The position numbers and the translations under genes were made by a program. Of a stretch of DNA of 20,000 nucleotides, positions 1 through 8,624 are shown one piece after another. The stretch lies in the IMG/VR virus record IMGVR_UViG_3300011871_000032. The stretch is one strand, 5' to 3'. The stretch comes from an uncultured virus (IMG/VR IMGVR_UViG_3300011871_000032) (taxonomy: Duplodnaviria > Heunggongvirae > Uroviricota > Caudoviricetes). The notes beneath the pieces were generated by a model, which saw only the letters and a list, made by a program, of their open reading frames with translations, searched no databases and was not told the origin of the DNA. Numbering within the stretch: position 1 is the stretch's first letter; each line of letters starts with the position of its first letter.

Positions 1-764
1 TTTACTTGTAAAGCTCCTTGTAAGGTTGTTGAGCCTCCAATACTTAGATTTCCAGCGGCAGTTATATCTTTAGCATTGTTAATGCTTTGACCACCCATAT
101 TTAAGTTTCCAGTCATAGGAAGAGTACCATCACGGCGCAAATAAACAGAATACATTGCTGAGTTAAATCCTGTTCTATAAGCAAGTAAGCCATCTCTTGT
201 TATATTATTAAAATTAGTTGAGTTCTCTGTCCATTGGGAATTATATCCAGATACTGATGTTGCTGATTTTGAAACACCACTATCTATTCCTGCAGATTGC
301 ATAGCTTTACCTAATAAATCATAACGAATTGCACCACCTTCTATCCAAGCAGCAGAGGTAGTTATTAAACCATTTATTAAATAATTAGGAGATGTTCCTG
401 ATCTTTTGAATATTATTTTGTAAGGAGAACGAAAAGAGTTAGTATCCTTATAAGTTGTAGGCAATAAACCTTCATTAACTAATGTTGCTACTGTTATTTC
501 ACATCCAGATGCATTACATGTTCTTGGACCCGGATCTGTTGATTGACTAGAACTTGATGTTAATGTTGATAGTTTATCATATCTTATATTTATATACCCA
601 TTTACAGCATCTCCTATTTGCCTAATTTGTTGACCTACAGCAGATGCTACGACATTTTCCTGTTCATTTCTCATGTCCTGAAATTTAATAAAAGTAATCA
701 TAGTGCCTACACCAAGCACTAATATTAATTCCAATAGAGAGAAACCTCCTTTCTTCAACTTCAT
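1..764 (-). CDS. PilV-like type IV minor pilin/adhesin, N-terminal part (3' end beyond the left edge)
   Basis: Not in the ORF track because it has no stop in the window. Manual translation from ATG at 764 (RBS AAGGTG): MKLKKGG|FSLLELILVLGVGTMITFIKFQDM...YLRRDGTLPMTGNLNMGGQSINNAKDITAAG..., open to position 1. It has a class III signal peptide (G|FxxxE plus hydrophobic helix), and the LRRDGTLPMTGNLNMGG segment recalls PilV-like adhesins. Confidence 0.8.
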   Translation of the reverse strand, partial: MKLKKGGFSLLELILVLGVGTMITFIKFQDMRNEQENVVASAVGQQIRQIGDAVNGYINIRYDKLSTLTSSSSQSTDPGPRTCNASGCEITVATLVNEGLLPTTYKDTNSFRSPYKIIFKRSGTSPNYLINGLITTSAAWIEGGAIRYDLLGKAMQSAGIDSGVSKSATSVSGYNSQWTENSTNFNNITRDGLLAYRTGFNSAMYSVYLRRDGTLPMTGNLNMGGQSINNAKDITAAGNLSIGGSTTLQGALQV

Positions 765-877
765 TTGTTTCACCTTCGACTAAATATAATGTATATGTTT
801 CATTTATATTATATTTAATCAAAAACTCAACTTTTTTGTTTTAAAAAACTAAATAAAGTAAAATGATTAGTATTCCT

Positions 878-1258
878 TCATTTTATTTTTATTCTAAGTT
901 CTATATCTTTAATATTTAAAGGAATAGTAGTTATTTTATTTTTGCTTGATTCTACTATGTAACATTTCATATTATTACTTTCTTTTTTTGAAGTTGATAA
1001 TGTTATATGCTTACCTATTTTATCCAAATAAAAATCTTTTTCCATCTCTTTATCTGAAATGGTTATGCTTAATGGATCTTTTGTATATGTTTCTACTTCA
1101 ATTGTATTTTTTACTTCTTTTTTATTAATATTTTTTGTAACTATAACATCGAATTTTAAAGGTGATTCGTAACGATCTTTAAGATTTAAACATATTTTTT
1201 CAGCGCTTGCTATGTTTGAAAAAGCTAGTATAAAAGCTATTGTTAATATTTTTTTCAT
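878..1258 (-). CDS. Small exported protein with Sec signal peptide, function unknown
   Basis: MKKILTIAFILAFSNIASA|EK gives basic N-terminus, hydrophobic core and ASA cleavage site; RBS AGGAG upstream. Confidence 0.7.
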   Translation of the reverse strand: MKKILTIAFILAFSNIASAEKICLNLKDRYESPLKFDVIVTKNINKKEVKNTIEVETYTKDPLSITISDKEMEKDFYLDKIGKHITLSTSKKESNNMKCYIVESSKNKITTIPLNIKDIELRIKIK

Positions 1259-1315
1259 TTTTATCTCCTAATATTTAGAAAATAATAATGACATCTATAT
1301 TTTCCTAATTCAAAT

Positions 1316-1336
1316 AAAAAACCACCCGCAGGTGGC
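1316..1336 (-). terminator. Intrinsic terminator, c(UGCG)g loop
   Basis: Minus strand GCCACC-TGCG-GGTGGT-TTTTT just after the stop at 1345. Confidence 0.8.
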
Positions 1337-1344
1337 TTTACTTA

Positions 1345-3147
1345 TTATCTGATCTTAGGTTTGGATGCTTCAATATTATTAGAACTATTTTCACCTAACT
1401 CCATAACTCTATCTCTGCCAATCATACTTACCATATAAAGATTAAGTTCGGTTTTTTCAGTAAAATAACCACCACCATATCCGCTATTAGTTAATGGATT
1501 ACCATTTTTCAATAAATTAAAAATAGCTCCTGTCTCCAAACTTGATAAAGCAGCACTTTTCAGCTCTTTATTATTTTGAGGGAAAATATCATCTCTTGAC
1601 ATATCTAATAAAGCGCGAGCATTTTCTTCATCATTGAAAATAGATTTAAGACTAATATTTTTTAATATTTCAGGATCATAACCTTTTCCTGTTTTATTAT
1701 TAAAGGCATAAATATCCAACTCAGGGAATTGATGAGGATTAAATTTAAAATCAGTATTAGGTGCTTCTTTTTTACCATTTAATTTATAAGGCAAATCTAT
1801 TTTTAAACCAACTAATACTTCTACTTCACCTAATGCCTGAAGTTTTTCAAGTTCTTTATTCAATTTCTGATTATTTAAAGATTTTAAATTATCAATATTA
1901 ACTAAATAAGTTTTTTCAAAATCTACATCTTTTATTTCATCAGATAATGATTGGCTTGATTTTTTTACTTCAACTGTTTCTTTTGATCTATGGAATAAAA
2001 CAGACGCATCTTTTAAATGATCTAATAATTCTTGCAACTCACCTTTTAAAAGATTTCTTTCACCTATTTGATGCCCCCAATCATGATATGATGCTTTTAA
2101 TTCTAAATATCTTGTGTCAGCTTCATTAGCTTTGGCTTCAACAATAATAACTTTTGCTTCTTCTGGAATATCGTATTTCTCTTTTAGCTCTAAACTTAAG
2201 TCATTTGTTTTAATATTATAACTATCTCCATCTTGAACTGTTTGTTTAGGTCCAATAATTTTACTTATAACTTTCGTCATATCAGAAACAGAAATAAAGG
2301 ACTTTTCTTTACTTCTAACTCTATCTACATAATTTAAATGTTCAACAAATTCATAGTTATTAAAAAACTTTTCCATATTTTTATGACCAAGACGAGCATA
2401 ACTCCCGCTTACTCTTTCATATCTTTTTTCGTCTACTGAATATTCTGCTGCTTCTTTCTTCATTCTTCTAATACTTTCTGAAATAGCATCTTCTGAGCTT
2501 TGACCTTTTCTTGCTTTGTCTACTCCATCGAAAAAATATGAACCTTGGGAATCCGTCGCCCAAATATCAAATACCATTTCATAATATGGATTAATTATCG
2601 CACCTTGCTCATCTTTATAAAAACCATATAGATTATTAGTAGAACTTGAGCGATTATCTTGATAATGAAAGCTAAAGAATATATTTTCAATACCATAATC
2701 TTTCATTTCCGCATACTTTTCAAAATAGTCCTCACTTGCTACGTTTTTTAATCCTTTAATAAAATCTTTGTAAGGCAAATGAAAAACATCTCCGTCATGG
2801 AAAGTATCATAATCCATTTTCACTACTGATCTAAGGCTTCTTTCTTCTGATAACGGGGTGCCTTGTATTTTTTCTACATTTTCAAATTTACTAATAAAAC
2901 TCAGCATATCATTAACATGAAAAGGCATCTTTATGCCTTCAATAACTTCTTTCTTTTCATTTAAAAATTCTTGACGAGGCTCTATAAAACCATTTGTGGT
3001 TTCTTCAAATATAAACTTAACGAAGGTTGCTCCTGTCTTATCAAGCATTTCTACAGCTTTTTTGGCTCCGTTTTTTTCAGCCATATTTCTGATATCAGCC
3101 ACTTCAACAAAGTAAACATCATTTGGTCCAACGATAATTTGTGACAT
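1345..3147 (-). CDS. Large hypothetical protein (~600 aa), paralogue A
   Basis: 608-aa ORF; preferred start is ATG 3147 (MSQIIVG) with RBS AGGAG, matching the N-terminus of the paralogue. Colinear motifs are shared with 3272..5107. Confidence 0.85.
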   Translation of the reverse strand: MSQIIVGPNDVYFVEVADIRNMAEKNGAKKAVEMLDKTGATFVKFIFEETTNGFIEPRQEFLNEKKEVIEGIKMPFHVNDMLSFISKFENVEKIQGTPLSEERSLRSVVKMDYDTFHDGDVFHLPYKDFIKGLKNVASEDYFEKYAEMKDYGIENIFFSFHYQDNRSSSTNNLYGFYKDEQGAIINPYYEMVFDIWATDSQGSYFFDGVDKARKGQSSEDAISESIRRMKKEAAEYSVDEKRYERVSGSYARLGHKNMEKFFNNYEFVEHLNYVDRVRSKEKSFISVSDMTKVISKIIGPKQTVQDGDSYNIKTNDLSLELKEKYDIPEEAKVIIVEAKANEADTRYLELKASYHDWGHQIGERNLLKGELQELLDHLKDASVLFHRSKETVEVKKSSQSLSDEIKDVDFEKTYLVNIDNLKSLNNQKLNKELEKLQALGEVEVLVGLKIDLPYKLNGKKEAPNTDFKFNPHQFPELDIYAFNNKTGKGYDPEILKNISLKSIFNDEENARALLDMSRDDIFPQNNKELKSAALSSLETGAIFNLLKNGNPLTNSGYGGGYFTEKTELNLYMVSMIGRDRVMELGENSSNNIEASKPKIR

Positions 3148-3234
3148 TATTTCTCCTTGAATTTTCATCATTATTTATCTATTTTAAAACATTAAATTTG
3201 TTATGTATATAGAATGCTATCTCTTAGCAAAAAT

Positions 3235-3258
3235 AAAAAAGAGACCCGGAGATCTCTT
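3235..3258 (-). terminator. Intrinsic terminator, c(UCCG)g loop
   Basis: GAGATC-TCCG-GGTCTC-TTTTTT. Confidence 0.75.
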
Positions 3259-3271
3259 CTTAAATTTTTTC

Positions 3272-5107
3272 TTATAACTTAGGTCTTGATGGAGATACTT
3301 TGCTTTTTAAAGTTTTTTCACCCACCTGATTTATAATATTCACACTAAACTCACTTCTATCTTTAAATAAATAATCATTAAACTCAACTAATGCTAAAGA
3401 ATTACTATTTATTATTTTAAATATACTGTTTGTTTCTAATGTCCCTATAGAGGCTGTCTTATAATTCACAGGAACAATCCTCGATGGTATTCTTTCTTTA
3501 TCTGCTTCTCTCAATAAATGCTCTCTAACAGCATCTGGATTAGCCATGATCTGTTCTATATTTATTTCTTTCAATGATTCTGGTTCAAAGGCTTTTCCTG
3601 TCGCATTATCAAAACCATAAACATTCATTTCAGGGAAATTAGATGCATCAAAACCTACTATTTTATTAAACTTCTGGCTCAAACAATCAGTATGACCATT
3701 TGGTATATAAGGAAAATCAAATTTAAAACTGACTAATACATTATCATTACCTAACTCTTTTAATTTATTTAACTCTATATTTAGGGCGTTGTTTCCAAGA
3801 TTCAATATAGTCTCAATATCCACAGAATAAGCTTTTGCCATAGTAATATTTTCACCATCTAATGTTGTTAAAATATGAGCATTAGGGCTTATTTCATAAT
3901 GAGGAACTCTTTCAGCTTCTGTTCTTGCAACACCTATACCATTCCTTGTAGATACCAACAGCTCATTTAACTCATTCTTTAAAAGATATCTTTCGCTTAT
4001 TAATGCTCCCATTCCATCAGTAAAAGACATTTTTATATTATAATAACGCTCATCATTTTTATTTGCCAAAATATCAACATACATATCTTTCACATTATCG
4101 TTAATGTTGTATTTCTCTTTTACTCTTTCATTTAAATCATCAACAATAAGATAATATTGATCTCCAGCCTTGGCTGTTATTTTAAATCCAAGTTCCTTAG
4201 AAGCAATATTATGCATATCTGCTAAAGATGTGAAAGCATATTCATCGTTATGAATATTTTCTACAAAACGTAGCTTATTTTTTATTTTTTCATCATTAAA
4301 TAAAAGCTCTATATTATTCGGCTCAAGAACCATATAACAATTGCTATAATTTTTACTATCTTCTAAATTTTTAGCTCCTGTTTCTATAGCATGATTTAAA
4401 CGCATACCCCAAACATCTTCTGAAATAAAGTTCCTTCTATCATCTTGGGAGTTTTGTTTTTCTAACTGTTTATATGAATCTCCCTCAAAGAAAAATGTTC
4501 CGTGTTCATCAGTAGCAAATATTTCCATACTTGGGCTATGATAAGGATTTAGAAAATATTGCTGATCTTTGATATTATTAATAGAAAAGTTTTTATCCCT
4601 TGGCATTTTTCTATTATCATTATAATGCATGGATATAAAGATATTTTTTATACCATATTCTTTCATTACTTCTGCTCTCGTATAATTTTCTTCATGAGCA
4701 TAGTTTTTAAGACTCAATAAAAAATCATCAATAGATAATTGATATACATCACCATCTTTTAAATTGAATCCTCCTACATTCACTGTAGAATTAATATCTC
4801 TGACAATATTACTTTCACCTTTTTTATATTCGACACCTTCAACTTTATTTATTAAATATAACATATCCCTTTCTGTAAAGTTCATAGAACTATTTTCAAT
4901 AGATTTTCCTTTATTATCTAAAATAGTAAATTGTGTTTTAATAAAACCGCTTGGCGTTTCTTTAAAATCAAAAATGACTTTATTTGCTTGTGGATTTTGA
5001 TCTATTTTATCCATCCAAGCTTTATTTTCGTTTTGTTCCATTAACTCTCTAATCTTACCTATTTCAATAATGAATTTGTCGTTTAATCCAATAATATTCT
5101 TTGACAT
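3272..5107 (-). CDS. Large hypothetical protein (611 aa), paralogue B
   Basis: Long ORF with RBS AAGGA. Shares blocks with paralogue A, e.g. MKEYGIKNIFISMHYNDNR/MKDYGIENIFFSFHYQDNR, FATDEHGTFFFEG/WATDSQGSYFFDG, ERYLLKNELNELL/ERNLLKGELQELL. Confidence 0.85.
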   Translation of the reverse strand: MSKNIIGLNDKFIIEIGKIRELMEQNENKAWMDKIDQNPQANKVIFDFKETPSGFIKTQFTILDNKGKSIENSSMNFTERDMLYLINKVEGVEYKKGESNIVRDINSTVNVGGFNLKDGDVYQLSIDDFLLSLKNYAHEENYTRAEVMKEYGIKNIFISMHYNDNRKMPRDKNFSINNIKDQQYFLNPYHSPSMEIFATDEHGTFFFEGDSYKQLEKQNSQDDRRNFISEDVWGMRLNHAIETGAKNLEDSKNYSNCYMVLEPNNIELLFNDEKIKNKLRFVENIHNDEYAFTSLADMHNIASKELGFKITAKAGDQYYLIVDDLNERVKEKYNINDNVKDMYVDILANKNDERYYNIKMSFTDGMGALISERYLLKNELNELLVSTRNGIGVARTEAERVPHYEISPNAHILTTLDGENITMAKAYSVDIETILNLGNNALNIELNKLKELGNDNVLVSFKFDFPYIPNGHTDCLSQKFNKIVGFDASNFPEMNVYGFDNATGKAFEPESLKEINIEQIMANPDAVREHLLREADKERIPSRIVPVNYKTASIGTLETNSIFKIINSNSLALVEFNDYLFKDRSEFSVNIINQVGEKTLKSKVSPSRPKL

Positions 5108-5168
5108 AATAATTCCTTCGCATTTATTTATATATTTTATTATAGCCTTTTAAAAATAAAGTGTATAC

Positions 5169-5196
5169 AAAAAAAGCCACCCGAAGGCAGCTTTTT
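5169..5196 (-). terminator. Intrinsic terminator, c(UUCG)g loop
   Basis: AGCTGCC-TTCG-GGTGGCT followed by a T run; the stem uses GU pairs. Confidence 0.75.
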
Positions 5197-5199
5197 GTT

Positions 5200-5532
5200 T
5201 TAATCTTTTTTCAAAATTTCAGTATCATATTCGATATATTCATTATTTCCTATTGGCCTTGCACATTTTTTTCCAATCATTACATATCCTTTATTTTCTA
5301 AAGACAAACATGTTTTCTGATTATCTTTATAGTCCGAAACATCCATATAGTATCCAGATAAAACCAACACAATAGATAAAATCAACGAAGGAACAAAAAT
5401 CTTCGCCAGCCAAACAATCCTTTTTCTTTCAAAATAAAGCCCTTTCCATAGAGTCATTGATTGGATTGCAGAAACTAGAATGAAAATAACCAAAAAGAAT
5501 AAGATATTATTTTCAGAAAATAAAACAGGCAT
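5200..5532 (-). CDS. Small membrane protein (2 predicted TM helices)
   Basis: Hydrophobic stretches ILFFLVIFILVSAI and IFVPSLILSIVLVLSGYY; RBS GAGG. Confidence 0.7.
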   Translation of the reverse strand: MPVLFSENNILFFLVIFILVSAIQSMTLWKGLYFERKRIVWLAKIFVPSLILSIVLVLSGYYMDVSDYKDNQKTCLSLENKGYVMIGKKCARPIGNNEYIEYDTEILKKD

Positions 5533-5655
5533 AAAAACCTCTCAAGTGATATTACATACATTACATGTATTATACCTTTTAACGTTTTTATGCACAATCT
5601 TTATTTCTGTTTTTCTATTCTTTTGGATGAAATCTTTGTGTTGCTTGGCTAACCT

Positions 5656-5982
5656 TTAATCTAATTTAAGATCTTCTTCAGAAGGTAGTTCACCATGTTC
5701 GGCAAAATATGTCAAAATAGGTAAAATTTCTTTTACCATAGATTGAGAGAGATGCATTCGATTATTGGCAACAAATTCTTCAACACCTTTTATTTGTTTA
5801 ATATCCAGATCATGCCAACCCGTTAGACCTTCTTTCATTACTTTTACATCAAGGTCTTTACAGCCTAACCAAATAAGACCTTCTTCATCGATAGCACTAC
5901 TTTCTTGGATAGTACAAGTCTCACCACATCTATCTGTAAACTCTACAAGTTGGAATCCTCTTCCTGTTTGTTCAAATTTCAT
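5656..5982 (-). CDS. Conserved phage-type hypothetical protein
   Basis: RBS GAGGTG; the pattern T.RGF...EF.D..G..C..Q.SS...IWLG...RMHL is one I recall from phage hypotheticals. Confidence 0.7.
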   Translation of the reverse strand: MKFEQTGRGFQLVEFTDRCGETCTIQESSAIDEEGLIWLGCKDLDVKVMKEGLTGWHDLDIKQIKGVEEFVANNRMHLSQSMVKEILPILTYFAEHGELPSEEDLKLD

Positions 5983-6006
5983 TATCTACACCTCATTTTA
6001 TTTAAT

Positions 6007-6035
6007 AAAAAAGAGAAGATCGAAATCTTCTCTTT
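6007..6035 (-). terminator. Intrinsic terminator, UUCG loop
   Basis: AAAGAGAAGAT-TTCG-ATCTTCTCTTT-TTT. Confidence 0.8.
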
Positions 6036-6049
6036 GTATAAAAGCTATT

Positions 6050-6265
6050 TTATCTCACCAAGATAACAGCCATATCCTCACCCGTATCATTAAGGCAACA
6101 AATAGGCTGACCAATCCAGCGTTTATCTTGCAACTCATCATCCCATTGAGCAATACATCCATCTTCAGGACGCACACCAATTTTTACCCAAACCTTGTCC
6201 GCACCTTCATATTTAAATTTAGCACCTAATGCAAGCTTACTAAATAAAACTTTCTCTTCACTCAT
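6050..6265 (-). CDS. Hypothetical protein (71 aa)
   Basis: RBS AGGA; directly follows 6280..6768 and precedes a terminator. Confidence 0.7.
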   Translation of the reverse strand: MSEEKVLFSKLALGAKFKYEGADKVWVKIGVRPEDGCIAQWDDELQDKRWIGQPICCLNDTGEDMAVILVR

Positions 6266-6279
6266 TTTATCATCCTATA

Positions 6280-6768
6280 TTAAGATGCCAGCGGCATGAA
6301 AGCAACTTTAGATACAACAAAAACCTCTTCATCGGTAAGAATAAACTTACTTTTCTCAGGGTTAACGTGATCGATTTCTTTACCCGTAAGCTCTTCTTCA
6401 ACATTATAAGGAGTGAAACGATTATTTCGAGCAAAGTTAATGCCAGAAATGATACGCTCATTAGCAACAAAAGTTACAACACTACAGGTTCCACGCATAC
6501 CGGGTTCATTAAACTTAGCGGAAGGGATGCTTTTAATTCCTTCGAGTTCAGCAAAAAGTTTTTCCATTGCGTCATCATCACCACCCTGAAGGAAAACTTC
6601 TGTTTCGCCATTATATGCCCAATCAATAAAAAGCTCAGCAGCTTCTGGAGAGAAGTGATTAAGATATGCCTTTTTCCACAGGTTATTCAAGCCATGACCA
6701 TACTGAGGGATCTGATTACTACCACGCACATAAAAGTTCATAATTGTATAACGTTTTGAAAATGCCAT
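6280..6768 (-). CDS. Hypothetical protein, possible PTH2 (peptidyl-tRNA hydrolase type 2)-like fold
   Basis: RBS AGGAG and its own promoter. QYGHG, TEVFLQGG and FNEPGMRGTCSVVTF resemble the Q-x-x-H-A helix and F-x-E-P...T strands of viral PTH2-like proteins (by eye). Confidence 0.5.
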   Translation of the reverse strand: MAFSKRYTIMNFYVRGSNQIPQYGHGLNNLWKKAYLNHFSPEAAELFIDWAYNGETEVFLQGGDDDAMEKLFAELEGIKSIPSAKFNEPGMRGTCSVVTFVANERIISGINFARNNRFTPYNVEEELTGKEIDHVNPEKSKFILTDEEVFVVSKVAFMPLAS

Positions 6769-6801
6769 TATTTAAATCTCCTATTCTTTATCAATTACGC
6801 G

Positions 6802-6831
6802 ATTATACTATATCCCTACCATTAAAGACAA
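6802..6831 (-). promoter_or_regulatory. Sigma70-type promoter
   Basis: -35 TTGTCT (6831-6826), 18 bp spacer, -10 TATAAT (6807-6802). Confidence 0.65.
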
Positions 6832-6861
6832 CAGTTTATTTTTATTTTTTCATAGTTATTT

Positions 6862-7101
6862 TTATCGGCCATTTTCTTCGTGCTTGAGTTTTTTGGCATA
6901 CTTTTCAGTGCTAATTTTCACTCTTACAAGTTCATCCAGAACTGCTTTTGCTACTGCCTCATTCTGATGATAGTATTCTCCGCAATCTTCATACATACCA
7001 AAATTTTTTCGGTCTTTTATAGCCTGCTCATGATTTACTTTTGCTTTTTTAATTTCGCCTTCAAGCCATTTAACAACATCTTTTACGCCTTCTGATTTCA
7101 T
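6862..7101 (-). CDS. 79-aa helical protein, paralogue of 7541..7780
   Basis: ATG 7101 (MKSEG) matches the paralogue start; 44/79 residues identical in an ungapped manual alignment, including FGMYEDCGE. Confidence 0.8.
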   Translation of the reverse strand: MKSEGVKDVVKWLEGEIKKAKVNHEQAIKDRKNFGMYEDCGEYYHQNEAVAKAVLDELVRVKISTEKYAKKLKHEENGR

Positions 7102-7116
7102 TTTTTTTCTCACATT

Positions 7117-7560
7117 TTAGTCATTAAAAGTAAGTGGATCGGTCAAGTAATAAATATTATTACTATCTCTCATGATATTTTCATAGTGAAGATCAAGCTC
7201 ACAACCTTCTACAACTGACAATAACTCTACTGCTTTTTTACATATTTCTTCTAACTTTGAATCTTCAAAATAAGCCTCATGGTAGTCTGAAAAATCAAGC
7301 AATGCTTTTTTATCTTTTTTACTTATTTTTAACGGAAACAACCTTTTCATTAAACATGTTGCTTGTTCACCATCAAAATCGACTTTTAAGATGGGAACAA
7401 TGCTGTATTTTTCTCTTACGTCTTGAGGAAGTACAGCAATCTTATAGAATGCATCATATTCGTAATCTGATGTAACCTTTAAACAAACATCAGAATCAAT
7501 TTCATGCACGACTGAATGCTTTCCAGAACCGAGGATTTTATTAGTGTTCATGTTCTTCAT
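7117..7560 (-). CDS. Minimal protein-kinase-like protein resembling the T7 gp0.7 kinase domain
   Basis: Gly-rich loop LGSGKHSVV, beta3 lysine VCLKV, catalytic loop DLHYENIM, Mg-binding LTDP (compare T7 kinase LGNGHFS / VIKV / DMHSGNIM / ITDP, recalled from memory). Confidence 0.75.
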   Translation of the reverse strand: MKNMNTNKILGSGKHSVVHEIDSDVCLKVTSDYEYDAFYKIAVLPQDVREKYSIVPILKVDFDGEQATCLMKRLFPLKISKKDKKALLDFSDYHEAYFEDSKLEEICKKAVELLSVVEGCELDLHYENIMRDSNNIYYLTDPLTFND

Positions 7561-7780
7561 TCTGTAGATTTTGAGCTAATTCCTCAGTCTTATTCTTAAC
7601 TCTTACCAGCTCTTTTAGAACGGCTTCTGCTGTTATTACATCTTCATTATAGCTTTCACCACAATCTTCATACATACCAAACTTGCTTCTTGCTCTTTTA
7701 GCAGAAACAACGTTAGCTTTGGCTTTTTCAATTTCTTCTTCAAGCCATTCTACTACTTTTTTAAAACCTACTGATTTCAT
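7541..7780 (-). CDS. 79-aa helical protein, paralogue of 6862..7101
   Basis: First gene after the promoter at 7813-7841; its stop overlaps the kinase start; contains FGMYEDCGE. Confidence 0.8.
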   Translation of the reverse strand: MKSVGFKKVVEWLEEEIEKAKANVVSAKRARSKFGMYEDCGESYNEDVITAEAVLKELVRVKNKTEELAQNLQNEEHEH

Positions 7781-7812
7781 TATATTAATCTCATGATTGT
7801 TTATATTAAGCT

Positions 7813-7841
7813 ATTGTACACTAACCCGTTGTTAATGACAA
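7813..7841 (-). promoter_or_regulatory. Sigma70-type promoter with GTTGTCATTA motif
   Basis: -35 TTGTCA, 17 bp, -10 TACAAT. Confidence 0.7.
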
Positions 7842-7843
7842 CA

Positions 7844-8293
7844 TTATTCAACTTCTGACCATGAATCAATTTTAATATGTCGGCTATGATCATACTCACG
7901 ATACATTGAATATTTTACTTCGTACACACGTCCTTCTTTATCTTTAGCTAAAAAAGTTAAAACTTCATCAGATAGCATTGTATCAAGAGTTCGCAAATAA
8001 TAAGCTACATCCGCCAGCCTTTCTTCAAAAACTTCTTCTGAAGACTCTTCTAACAAAAAGTCAATTTCTTGTATTTCTTTTGATTGACGAAGTTTTTTTG
8101 CCTCAATCATTACATCGTTAAACAATTCTGCCATCTTTAAAGCGTCATCAAGACTTCCTGAAAGGCTTTTATCTTGAACAACAATCCACTCACCATTATC
8201 ATTAATAAATACTTTGATGATTTCTTTTTTATCTGCAATACCTACAACCTCTATTTGCTCATCTTTATTTTTTACATCAACATAACAATGCAT
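7844..8293 (-). CDS. Hypothetical protein (149 aa, acidic)
   Basis: ORF with RBS AAGGA. Confidence 0.7.
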   Translation of the reverse strand: MHCYVDVKNKDEQIEVVGIADKKEIIKVFINDNGEWIVVQDKSLSGSLDDALKMAELFNDVMIEAKKLRQSKEIQEIDFLLEESSEEVFEERLADVAYYLRTLDTMLSDEVLTFLAKDKEGRVYEVKYSMYREYDHSRHIKIDSWSEVE

Positions 8294-8345
8294 TTTATAA
8301 TCCTTTTTATTAATATGAGTTTTATATAAACAGAATAGCTATTTG

Positions 8346-8531
8346 TTACTCCGATTTTTCATGCGTTAAAACACAACGACCAGCGCAATAATAAGAAAAA
8401 CGACCATTCTTATCTACTTCTTCAAAATCAGCTTTACAAAGGCAGTTTTCTTTATTGCTAATTTCATAGATTTCTTCCTTAGTTCCGCTTCGTTTCAATT
8501 CGCCGTTAACAAAAAACGAGTATCTTTTCAT
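8346..8531 (-). CDS. Hypothetical protein (61 aa)
   Basis: The ORF-track ATG (8561) lies inside the -10 box; the better start is ATG 8531 (MKRYSFF) with RBS AAGGTG. Confidence 0.65.
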   Translation of the reverse strand: MKRYSFFVNGELKRSGTKEEIYEISNKENCLCKADFEEVDKNGRFSYYCAGRCVLTHEKSE

Positions 8532-8559
8532 GCTTTCACCTTTCAAATTTGTTGTTGTC

Positions 8560-8611
8560 ATTATAGCTTTTTATAGGGTTAAATACAATAAAAAAGAGGC
8601 CGTAGCCCCTT
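8560..8611 (-). promoter_or_regulatory. Terminator (c(UACG)g) fused to a sigma70 promoter
   Basis: GGGGC-TACG-GCCTC-TTTTTT, then -35 TTGTAT (8588-8583), 17 bp, -10 TATAAT (8565-8560). Confidence 0.75.
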
Positions 8612-8624
8612 ATTTTATAAACAC

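Noticed and set aside
6270..6470. Alternative-frame minus ORFs 6270..6470 and 14477..14704
   Set aside because: Nested in 6280..6768 and ssb respectively, with no RBS and no recognisable motifs.
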